Source of the DNA: Stegostoma tigrinum
Lineage: Eukaryota
Reading direction: 5' to 3'
Assembly (NCBI RefSeq): GCF_030684315.1
Contig: NC_081392.1
Coordinates: forward strand, 806,001-870,000
DNA length: 64,000 nt
Shown here: in pieces, positions 31,601 through 43,869 of the stretch
Numbering within the stretch: position 1 is the stretch's first letter
Layout: the number at the start of each line of letters is the position of its first letter
Notes under the pieces: model-generated
What the model was told of the DNA's origin: nothing
Database searches by the model: none
What the model saw: the letters and a program-made list of their open reading frames with translations, nothing else
Translations under genes and position numbers: made by a program

Positions 31601-34250
31601 ATGCAGGGGATGGGGACAATCGAAATGTGGAGCTGGCTGAAGGAACAGATATTGCGTGTCCTCGATAGGTATGTCCCTGTCAGGCAGGGAGGAAGTGATA
31701 AGGTAAGGGAACCGTGGTTTACTAAAGAAATTGTATCTCTTGTTAAGCGGAAGAGGGAGGCTTATGTGACGATGAGACGAGACGGCTCAGATGAGGCAAT
31801 GGAGAGTTACAGATTAGCTAGGAAGGATTTAAAGGGAGAGTTAAGAAGAGCAAGGAGGAGACATGAGCAGACATTAGAATAAAGGAGAATGCTAAAGCTT
31901 TCTATAGGTATGTGAGGAATAAGAAGATGACTAGGGTAGGAATAGGGCCAGTCAAAGGCAGAAGTGGGAAGCTGTGTGTAGACCCTGTGGAGATCGGAGA
32001 GGTGCTAAACAAATATTTCTCATCTGTTTTCACTCAGGAAAAGGAGAATATTGTAGAGGAGAAGACTGAGTTACGGGCTATTTGAAATAGAATTGAAAGG
32101 ATTGAGGTTAGTAAGGAGGAGGTGTTATCAATTCTAGAAGGTGCGAAGGTAGATAAATCCCCTGGGCCAGATGGGATTTTTCCGAGGGTTGTCTGGGAAG
32201 GTAGGGAGGAGATGGCGGAGACTGTGGCCGTGATCTTTGAGTCATCATTGTCTCCAGATTTAGTACCAGAGGACTGGAGGATTGTAAATGTTGTGCCCTT
32301 GTTCAAGAAGGGCAGTAGAGATGACCCAGGTAATTGTAGACCAGTGAGCCTTACATCTGTTGTAGGAAAAGTTTTGGAAAGGATTATAAGAGATAGGATT
32401 TATAATCATATAGCAATCAACAATTTGATTGGAGACAGTCAACATGGATTCGTTAAGGGCAGGTCGTGTCTCACAAACCTCATTGAGTTTTTTGAGGTGA
32501 CCAAGCATGTGGATGAGGGAAGGGCAGTTGGCGTGGTGTACATGGACTTCAGTAAAGCCTTTGATAAGGTTCCACATGGTAGGCTATTGGAGAAATTGCA
32601 GAGGCATCGGATTAAGGGAGATTTAGCAGTGTGGGTTAGAAACTGGCTTTCTGTAAGTGGTGGTTGATGGAAAATATTCAGCCTGGAGTCCAGTTACTAT
32701 TGGTGTGCCTCAGGGATCTGTTTTGGGACCACTGCTGTTTGTCATTTTTATAAATGACTTGGACACAGGCATAGGTGGATAGGTTAATAAGTTTGCAGAT
32801 GACACTAAAGTCGGTAGAATGGTGGACAGCGTGGAAGAATGTTGGAGGTTGCAGGGAGACTTGGATAAACTGCAGAATTGGGCTGAAAGGTGGCAAATGG
32901 AGTTCAATGCGGATAAATGTGAGGTGATTCACTTTGGGAAGAATAATAGGAAGGCAGAATACTGGGTCAATGGAAAAATTCTTGGTAGTGTGGATGTTCA
33001 GAGGGATCTTGCTCCATGTACATAGATCCCTGAAAGTTGCCACCCAGGTTGATAGTGCTGTTAAGAAGGCATATGATGTGTTAGGTTTTATTGGTAGAGG
33101 GATTGAGTTCCGGAGCTGTGATGTCATGCTGCAACTGTACAAAACGCTGGTGCAGCCTCACTTGGAATATTGTGTACCGTTTTGGTCGTCCCATTCTCGG
33201 AAGGATGTGGAAGCATTGGAAAAGGTGCAGTGGAGATTTACCAGGATGTTGCCTGGTCTGGAGAGAAGGTCTTACGAGGAAAGGCTGAGGGGCTTAGGTC
33301 TGTTCTCACTGGAGAGAAGAAGGCTAAGAGGGGATTTAATAGAGACATACAAGATGATCAGAGGATTAGATAGGGTGGACAGTGAGAGTCTTATTCCGAG
33401 GATGATAACTTCAGCTTGTACAAGGGGGCATAGCTACAAATTGAGGGGTGATAGTTTTAAGACAGATGTCGGAGGCAGGTTTTTTACTCAGAGAGTGGTA
33501 AGGGCGTGGTATGCCCTGCCTGCCAATGTAGTTAACTCAGCCACATTAGGGGCATTTAAACAGTCCTTGAATAAGCATATGGATGATGATGGGATAGTGT
33601 AGGGGGATGGGTTTAGATTAGTTCACAGGTCGGTGCAACATAGAGGGCCAAAGGGCCTGTTCAGCGCTGTATTGTTTTGTGTTCTCTGTTCTATGGTCTG
33701 GGAATAGTGACCATGCTGATCTCTTTAAGAACATTTTCTGGTATTTTATGTTAGCAGGTCAGTATTTTCTTGCGAATAATTTCTGGTTTTCTTATGTAAC
33801 AGGATAGGTTGCTATTCTCAGATCTAGGGCCTGATTCAATGACTCAATGTTATTAACATTAGACAAATTTTGGTAACCAGCAGATCCCACAGGAATTTTG
33901 GGCTCACGTCACTGAATGGAGAACTAGAGACCCAGAGATGTTGAATTAAAAATAATGCATTATTGCACCATTTTGTTATGTCAGCAAATTTTATAATCAA
34001 CCTTAATTTTTTTGTGGATTTCAACATAGAAATTAGGGCATTCTTCTGTTTGCTTAGATTGTTCAATATAGTCCTTTTAGCTGCAGGCCATGTGTTGCTG
34101 CACAAATACATGTGTTCCTATGGTTACTCATTTCAAACATCAGTTGAAGAATGTACTGAAATATCCCATTATTCTTACTGCTCAAACTGAATCACTGCGT
34201 TTCCAGTACTTTCTCATTTTATTTCACATTTCCAGTTGGATAATAGTGGG
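28680..34250 (-). mobile_element. Decayed Gypsy LTR element (gag-protease region), split by the CR1 at 30917-33695
   Basis: Minus translation CADIMINGKKIKFKSDAGT (~29905-29965) resembles the protease F.LDTGA motif. A GHY-containing zinc-knuckle-like segment occurs at ~30130-30180 and ~33695-33775. Confidence 0.55.
30917..33695 (+). mobile_element. CR1-type LINE, 5'-truncated ORF2 (APE endonuclease + RT) with 3' UTR; inactivated
   Basis: DVVAILETW, VFYRPP, IMGDFNFP and SDH (APE). [39 protein letters not shown] and KFADDTK (RT). (GTTCT)-type tail. Several stops and frameshifts. Confidence 0.95.
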
Positions 34251-35469
34251 AGGGAAGCTATCGCAATTATGGCAAAGCAGGGCAGGTCCTGCACCCTATG
34301 AAGAAACTTCATAGACATGCCTCACATACACACAGAGTGAATGGCTTTGAAAAATCTCAAACATGTAGATTTGGAGTCCAACACCACTCACCACCTCTCC
34401 CTCACCCCTGCACATACATAATGAGTGCCTCTTCAACACTTCCTTAACACATAGAGTGGCTCACATTATCCTCTTCAATGTAGAAATCATGAATCATGTC
34501 ATTCCCAGTGATCTCACTAGCTGTCTGACAATGCCCACCCATGCAATTTTCACTGTGGATTTGGCATGAATTCAGGACTGATGCCTACTGAGAAGGCCAA
34601 ATGTAGGAACAAGGTGATTAGATTCTGAACCAAACAGACTAGAAGGCCCGTTTCCATTCACTGGATCATAGTTTAGTTCTGAAAATGTTAGACATTTTTG
34701 CGTCAAAGGCTGAACAGATGGCTGAGCTGTCAATAAAAAAGGGCAGCACTCTGTTTCACAACTTCAAAAGATGGGCTGTCAATGTGAACGTCAAATCACA
34801 GGATCCAATTCACACAGTAAAATCTGAATCTCAATTCTGTTCAGTGTAAGAGAGCACATTTTGCACTGGAAAATGTATTGCACTGCATCTGAAGATTTCT
34901 TCCATTTTCACAACTTCAATAAAATTAATGGTCTAACAAAAGTCCTATTAGCAATTACTGCATGATAAATATACTGAACTTATCCTATAACAATATATGA
35001 GCAACAACTAAACTATCATGAGATTCCCAACTCCATGCCAAGTTTCCTAACTCCAGACTAAGGTTCCCTTTGGCTCACAATTCATCTGAGGTACCATCAT
35101 TTACATCTCCTACCAAGAGTGTTTGATTCCATGGAAATAATGGGTGGTCTAAAACTCCAAAACAAAGTAGGAAACAGCGGTATTGGTATTTGTGGGTTTG
35201 CTTACCTGCACGTTATCCTGCCCCCTTAAAAACGTCTCACAACAAGAATGGGTATGAGAATTCACAGAATCAGTTACTAACTGCTCTTTTCAAATCCCAG
35301 CTCCCTCCATTCCAGCACAGATGGAGGAGCAAATGTCTCAGCCAGAATATTTCTCCAACACACAAACATGGAATGAAAATGGATAGACGACTCAGAATTA
35401 ACCTACGAATTTGAAATAATGCTAAGAGTAGCCCCATTATCTCTGCTTAATAACCTCTGGGGTTGTACA

Positions 35470-38400
35470 AAATTGGTAGAACTGTCCAAAAAATTCAGAC
35501 AAGCTCAGACAATAGATACTCAGAGAACCATACCTTAAACCATTATTGCAATCCCTGAGTATAGCATGTACCAAAGGCAGGACAAAACCAAACTGAGGTG
35601 GTAGCAGTCATATAATCAGGGGGAGCTGTCCTCGAAATCCTTACCATTGATGCCAATAAATCTTGTGGTTATGGTCACTCCTGCTGATTTCCACCTACTA
35701 CTCACCACCACCACCACCCAGCCATACTCAGCTGATGTTGAGCACAAATTGGAAGAAACTCTGAGAAGGATTTCGTTGCCCATCACCAAGAGTGGCTCAG
35801 CAACGCTACTGCCCAGGTTGGTCAGAATCCTAAATAACAGAGTTTGCGTCTGCATTTGTGGTGAGGGAACCAATAAGAGTGAAACTCTATTTGGAGTCAT
35901 TCTCACAAACTATTCATCTCTAATGTACATGACAGCATTTGTGGGCATGACATCTCACACTCCCTTTGGAGATTAATTTGATTCATTATATTCAGAGTAC
36001 CTTAAATCATGTTGTATGAAAGTACCACTGAGTTAAATGGGAGAGATTAGGTATCAAACTGGTGACACTATATCATAGGACATATTGCATGTCAAACAGA
36101 GGAAGCAGGAAGCAGCAGAAAAGGACTAAGCAACTCCGCAACCAACAAACCAGATCTAAGTTCTGCAGTCCTGTTGCAACCAGTCTTGATGATAGTGGGC
36201 AATTAAAAAACCAACAGCAGCAGACATCTGATTGAATATTGCTCCACTGAAGATGTGGGACCCTACACCATATGTATAAATGATAAGGCTGAAGCCAAGG
36301 TGTACAAAATGATCAGAGGTATTGATAGAGTGGACAGCCAGAGACTTTTTCCTAGGGCTGAGGTAGTTATTATGAGGGGGCATAGTTTTAAAGTGATATA
36401 GGGGAGATGTCAGGTAGGTTCTTTACTCAGAGAGTGGTAGGGGCATGGAATGCATTGCCGGAGAGGGTAGTGGAGTCAGTCTCATTAGAGGCTTTTAAGA
36501 GGCTATTAGATAGTCATATGGATGATAGTATGAGGTAGGGGTGGAGGTAAAGTTACCTTAGATTTAAGGTAAAAGTTCAGCACAACATAGTGGGCCAAAG
36601 GTCCTGCACTGTGTTGTACTGTTCTATGAAGTATTTGCAACAATAGTCAGCCAGAACTTCTGCGTGGATAATTCATGTTGGCCTCCGCCAGAGTTCTCCA
36701 TCATCAGATGTTAAACTTCTGCTAAGTCAATTCACGCCATATGATTTTCGCACTCTAGTCCAGTCAATTCCTGCCTCATCAGTCTACTCTTGATAAGTGT
36801 TGGAAAGGGTGTTGACAATACTATCAAGCAACACTTGTGCAGCAATGACCCATTCACTGATGCTCAGTTGAATTGTGACAGGGTCACTTAGCACAGCCTT
36901 CGGCCAAACTTGGGAAAAACAGCTTAACAGAAGTGATGTGAGAATGATGTCAATACAGCATTTGACCAAGTGAAATATTAAGGAACTCTGGCAAAACTGA
37001 AGTCAATGGTGTTACAAAGATGTTTCGTGTTTGCTATTGTTGGCAGGACTTAAATTCTGAAGGATTGTGGAAAATGGATTTATTTCACATTTTTGAGATA
37101 CCTGCTTTTTTAAAGAAATTATGAAAGTTTACTTATGCAAGTGTAGTCAGCAAGACTTCATGATTAGTCATCTGACCACACATGGCAGAACATCACAGCA
37201 GCAGACTTTGGTAATGTCCTATGTTTTTAACTTTTGGCCTTTGGGTGGTGTATTTTTTTTTATAAAGCCAATCTCTGCAGATACATCTGTGCTTCTCTAT
37301 TTTCCTGAAGAATGTGTGTGCTTGCTTCTGTTTTGACTATATTTAGTGTGTTGAGTATCTGTACACCTCTAATACTGATTGTTTATTAACCAATTATTGC
37401 ATCCTCATTGAATGAGTTTTGTTTCCATAATGAACAAATAGTATTGTTTATTAAGAAATCTGGTTGATAGATCTTATTTAAAACCTAACATAGGGAAGAT
37501 GCTTAGTTGGTCACCTTGGTATCTGGAAAAATGTATTTTATTTTATCTTTTTACCCATTGTTTAATGAGTTGAGTGATGTTGCAATCCTCCAGCCTCTTT
37601 TGTAACAATAGGAATCAGTGGAAAATCTCCAATGCAGTCATATCCATTATAAAAAAATATCGTTATGATTATTAGATTGTTGATTTGGGATCACCGTTAC
37701 CTAGTCTAGGTAACCAATTGCTCATAATGAAATGTTCAGACAGCTACTAAATTTGATAAAATACTATAGGTTAGATATAACGCATTATTTAATTAGATAA
37801 AGAAAAAACATGATTCAATGAGAATGCTTTCCCTACCCTGGAGTGTTGTCCTGGAATGGACAGAAAGATGTGATGGATGTCTACAACTTGGGTGGTGCAC
37901 AACTCCTTTCAGTTGTTCACAATCTCTGGTTCACAGTCTCAATCTTCCATGTATAAGGTGAAGGCTTGTATATCTGGACTCTTTAACTTACTTCCCAACT
38001 CCAGAGGTAACATGAGAGTGACTACACTTGACACCAAGGCAGCATTTGATAAAGGTGGCATCAAGGACCCCTAGATAAACAGATGTCAATGGGAATCAGG
38101 GAAAACAGTGCTGATTTGAGTCACAGTGAGCACAAGGGAAGATTGTTGTGGTTGTTAGATGTCAAACATCTCAGTCCAAGGGCATCACTGCAGTAATTCT
38201 TCAGGATGGTGTCCAAGACCAAACCATCTGAAGCTGCATAACCGATGGCATTCTTGCCACATATGATCTGAAGTAAGCTTGTGCATTGATGATTGCATAA
38301 TGTTAAGTGCCATTTGCATTTCCTGAGATAGTGAAGCTGTCTTTGCAGCAATATCTGGATGATATTCAATGTTGGGCAGATAAGTGTAAATAACCTTCAA

Positions 38401-39050
38401 GCTACATAAAGGCAATGACTATCTCAAAAAAGAGAGGATCTAACCATCGCCATTGTTGCTCAATGGAGTTATCTTTGCTAAATCACTACTATCCCAAACA
38501 ACTGGGGCTAATATTGAACAGAAGATGAACTAGATAAGCCATATAAACACGAGCAGGTCAGATGCTAGGAATTCTAGAACAAGTAACTCAGCTTCTGACT
38601 CTCCAATGCCTGTCTACCATCTAGCAGGGATAGGTCAGGAGTGAAATGCTTAGATCAGTACAATACTAACAACACTCAAGAAGCTTGACACCATCCAGTA
38701 CAAAGCAGCCTACTTGATTGGCATCTCATCCAACAACTTCAACTCTCATTCCCTTCACCACTGGTGTACAATGGCAACAGTGCATGTCATCTAAACATTG
38801 CACTGCAGAATCTTACCAATGCTCTTTTGATAGCATCTTCCAAATCTGTGATCTCTATTACCGAGAAGGGAAATGGCAACAGATGCATGGGAACATCACT
38901 TCCAAATTCCCCACTCATCACCCACCATCCTCATTTTGAACTGTATTCTTTCGCTGTCAAAGGATGAAAATCCAGGATTTCCCTCCTCAACAGCATTGAA
39001 GGTCCCACTACACCACATGGACTTCAGCTGTCCAAAACATTGCTCAGACA
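35470..39050 (+). mobile_element. Fragments of a CR1/L2-group LINE (same family as 44998-45690) with a nested CR1 3' end (~36290-36630)
   Basis: RVTTLDTKAAFDK (RT), and KKLDTIQYKAAYLIG matching the 45230-45285 segment. Confidence 0.6.
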
Positions 39051-39573
39051 GCCATGATGATGTAAAATACTGACTATGAATAGCAAAAATCTTATTGATT
39101 AGCTCGAAAGACTTTTACTTAAGTGAGAGAAAAAACAGTAGAAAATGTACTAGTAAACTTTAAAATAGCCATCAAAGTAACCTGATCTGAAAGCAGCCAA
39201 ACACTCAGAAATTTACAAAGGAATGTCTAATTGCTGAGAATGACCACAGCACCTAGGAAAGGCAATCCGAGGGGTAGTTAGCTGGAAATTAAGATTCATG
39301 ATCTGGAATATTTAGCTAACAATTAAACCCTCAGATGTCTCTGATGAAGAGACTACAAATGTTGAGATTGATTATTGACATTGGTCGGTATTCATTATAG
39401 TTTGTGCATATAAATGTATCAACAATAAATACCACCAGATAAACTGGAAAAATAACTAACATTTTATATATGAGCCACCAGCAACTCTGCATTATTACCA
39501 TTATTACTTGCTACAGCACCAGTTTTCCTGGTTGTCACTAACTGGTTTACCAGCTGAGTTACCCTGAAGTACA

Positions 39574-39587
39574 CTGCCATCTCCTGG
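39574..39587 (-). promoter_or_regulatory. Candidate CTCF-binding site
   Basis: Minus strand CCAGGAGATGGCAG is one mismatch from CCASYAGRKGGCRS. Motif match only. Confidence 0.3.
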
Positions 39588-40084
39588 TGCCAGTATTACC
39601 AAATTTTCCTTAACCTTTTCAAGCTTACTCAACACACCGAAGTTCACAAAATGATTTATTCAGTAGTCCTGTTATCGGCACTCCCAGTGTCAATAGAGTT
39701 GTATGTCAGTTCCAGGCTCGCCCCTTCCCTGCCCTGATTCAGCCATCCATCTTTGGAAATGGGAGCAGAATCTTCAGATCCAAGCTAAGTGATGCATGTC
39801 AATCCTGGGTCAGCATGGAAAACTACTGGAATAGGGTGTTTGACTAACCCTCATCCATTACAGTCTCGTCACTTTCTAGTGGTCTTGGAAAGGCATTGAC
39901 CAGAGAGAATGAACCAATGGCATAAATGTACGAGTGAAATGGTCTAAGGTACAAGGAGAAAGTGTCAATAGATCCAGAGCTGGTGGATCACAGAGAGAGG
40001 AGATTTAACCTTAAGGTTGATTACTATGAGCTCCTATCAAGTCTAAAGCCTGAATTTTAACCCTAACTACCTCTCTTGTACCAC

Positions 40085-41430
40085 CTGATTTGATCAGTAA
40101 TTTCATAGATGACACAAAAATTGGTGGTGTAGCAAGCAGTGAGGAGGAAAGCTTAGACTGCTGAGTGGTGAAAATGAGCTGGCCAGAGGGGCTAAAAAAC
40201 AGCAAATGGAATTTAATTCCAAAGAGTGTGTGGTAATGCATTTTAGGAGAAAGAACACAGCAAGGAAGCTCACAATGAATGATAAGACCTAGGAAATATC
40301 AAGGATCAAAGGGACGTTGGTATTCATGTCCATAGATCCTCGAGGCAACAGGGACAGGTGGAAAAGCCATGATCATATTGAATGGCAGAGCAAGCTCAAG
40401 GGACCAAACGGCCTACTCCTGTTCCAACTTCTTATGGTGTTACAGGTTAGATGGTTCAGAAGGCATATGGGATACTATCCTTTATTGGTTGAGAGCAGGG
40501 ATGTTATGAAGGAGCTAATGTTTGTCAGGCCACAGGTAGAGTAATATATGCAGATCTGGTCATTGCACTTTGGGAAATGCATGATTGCCACCAAAAGCAG
40601 AGGAGATTTACCAAAATGCTGGCTAGTCTGGAGAAATTCAGCTATGTGGAGAGACTACACAGGATGGAATTGCTTTCCTTAGAATAGAGGAAGCTGAGGG
40701 AACATCTGATTGAGGTACACAAAATTATGAAGTGTGCACACTGGTTAGATAGGAAGAATATTTCCCATATGTACAGAAGGCAATAACTAGAGGCATAGAT
40801 TTAAGGGAAGGGGCAGGAGATTTAGAGAGGATTTTAAGGATGTTTTATTTTCACCTGCAAGGTGGAGGGTGTCTGGAACTCACTGCCTGAAAAGGTGGGA
40901 GAGGCAGCAACCATCACAATATTTAAAAATAATTAGGCGATCACGTGATGAGCTATGGCAAGTGCTGGAACATGAGACTAGAGTAGATTGGTACTTGACG
41001 ACAAGTATGAACACAGGGAGATGGATGGCATAATTCCATGCTCTGAAACTCTATGGAAGAGGCTAAGATGATATTTGATAGTAGTTTACAAAATCATGAT
41101 AGGTCAAGTCAGAGTATGTGGGGAGGAATTGCTCCTGCCTATAAAAGGATCGAGAACCAGGGGGCACAGTTTTAAGAGCAAAAATAGCAAATGTGAAATG
41201 TAATTGTTTCCCCACACAGTGAGTAATTAGGTATCAGGAATGCACTGCCTGGGAGCATCCTGGAGGCAGGTTCAATTTAAGTATTCACAAAGGAATTAGA
41301 TGATTATAAATTGGAACGATGTGCAAGGACACAGGTAAATGGCAGGAGATTGGCACCAGCTTAAGGTGCTCAGAGAGCCAGAGCTGAATGCAATGGCCCA
41401 CTTAGCCTACCTCTGAGCTATAACGACTCT
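40085..41430 (+). mobile_element. Old CR1-type LINE 3' fragments
   Basis: FIDDTKIGGV (RT) and degenerate CR1 C-terminal and 3' UTR motifs. Confidence 0.65.
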
Positions 41431-43869
41431 AATTGGCCTTAATTACCCTTTCCATAAGAAGGAAATATTGGCCATGCTCCATGTTGCTAATTGAATCTCA
41501 TGTCATCTGTGAGTGTGAGAGATGAATTCAGCTGGGTTGGTTCTCTCTTCCTGCATGCTTGGTGCCATCAACAAGCTTTTGCCATGATGGCTCAAACCAA
41601 ATGATTCCTTTGGACAAAATCTTATAAAATAGGTACATGGAGCCAGACCATGGAAGCAGTCAACATGTTAAACAGATAAATAGTGACCAACAATTGAGCC
41701 TGTCCTTGAGGGATACTTGCATTGAGCAAATGAACTAACTCAAAAGTATTCATAGATCATTAGGAAGTGTTGGAGTGTTTAGCGGCTTACGCTCCATTGA
41801 ATCATTCTGATGTGTAAACTATCTTTGTTTATGACACATGTTAATAAAATTAATCAAGTCGCTACCACGTGACAAGCCTCAGCAAGGAAGGGAGAATCAG
41901 AAGAAATCTGGACCTTTTATCCCATTCTGCTCTTTTCTTTTACTTTTGTGGTTTCTGTGGAGCTAAAGATCTCTTCAGTAGATCATCACAATGGCCATAT
42001 TATGTGATTGTGATGTTTACCTTGATAAAAGCACAATACTGTCCAAAGCCGGTTGAGAAAAAAGGCCCAGGACAAATAGATAGGGAGAAATTTTTCCTGC
42101 TTATAGAAAGGTCAAGAAGCAGAGGACACAATTCTAAAATATTTTGCAAAAGAAGGAAATGCATGCTCAGAAAGAAAAATAAGCCACAATAAGCCAGGAC
42201 AGAGCCTCTACAGGACTCCAGCTTGACCTACTGTGGCTGCCAGGTAAACTCATGATTTACACACCGACACATGCACAGTGCAGTTCTCTGACAGTGCTCT
42301 CTGATCATGGCCTGGGAAAAGATCCCTGCTCCATCCTAAACAGTCCTTCCCAGAACACTGCATTGCATTCCATATTTAAGATGCATAGTATTCACCAATA
42401 ATGGATACCCAACTTAAAGGCCTACAGTCTCTCACAGTTCCTCCATTAACAATATGGCTGAGTGTCATTTGGGAATCATTGATTATTCTGAGTATTGCAT
42501 CAACCCCCAACAACACCCCCACCACCACCCTTCTGGGCCTCCTCTTAACAGAATAGAGCCACAACTGATTCCCACTCTCTGAAAAAAAATCAGACCCTAT
42601 TCCCCAGCTAAGTGGGTCAAAAGCCGTAAAAACTGGAGAACCATATCCCTATAGGCGGTTGAAATCATCCATTGACACATTCTGATCAGGAAACAATCCG
42701 TCTGTCCACAACATTCCCAGGACCAACTTACCAGGACATATCACGAACTCCCAATCCGAGACAGGCAGATTCCCAAACCAACCACTCAATTGCTAAGAGA
42801 CAATTAACCTTCAGGCCAGGAGGCTTGCATCTAGTTTATAGCCTTTTCCCCCGTTCTGCCTTTTTCTAAAAAAGCCACAGTAAATGAATTAAAGATCTCT
42901 TCAGTAGATCACTTCAGTAATCGTATTAAATTAGTGTGATGTTTATTTATTGGTAAAATGATACAAATGATAAAATCCACACTTGACAAGCCTGTGATCA
43001 TATTCACTAGAACCATTTGAGATGCCTTGGGTAGGTTCCCTGCCACCATTTCTTCTTATTGGTCTTAATTTATGTGACTGATGCCCATGCCAAGTCTATG
43101 GCAGAAGATAGGCTCATTTCTGATAAACAGGCTTATACATAGAATTTAACAGCCAGTTACACTACACCTTAAGTTATGTGATAATGTTTCTTGTGAAATA
43201 TCAGGGTAAACTTTAGAACAGGAACACACTACTGTTAGCAAATTAGCAAATTGGACCTGTCATCTTGGACGGCAAATTAGAACAACTGGTACAAATACGA
43301 ACACACATTGGTTAAACCCTTCCAGAATCAATCCTTTATATCCTAACGTGCAGATCTTATCTTGTGGTTCCTTAACTTTTTTGTTAATTAACTACCTCAT
43401 ACAGTGTGTCTCTCACCACTGCATTACTTGTCACCAGAAGCACAAACAGGAAGGGAACCAAAAAATAGTACAGAGTAGGGAATACCAACAGCTAGCTACG
43501 AGACCACAGGACCGCAACACCGTAAATTTCTCCACCAAGATAAACAATATCCAATCAGCATGACACAGGTTAAACCCACTGGACCCAAAACAATGGATAT
43601 GACGTCCAGCAACAAGTGGCAATACACTAGACAGTTCTCACAAAACAAAGGTTACACATTCCATAAAAAATTCCACCCAACGCTATCTTATAGTTAGCTA
43701 CTAAGAGAATGGGGAACCATGAGAACCAATAGAAATCTAGGAAAAGTCCACAGATAAAATCAACAACACAGAAGATCCCAATCAATCCATAAACCACAAC
43801 AAGCAGCATACTCTGGTATTATACCACAAGTGTCCCAACAGTTAGAAGGGAAATAAAGAAGCAGATATG

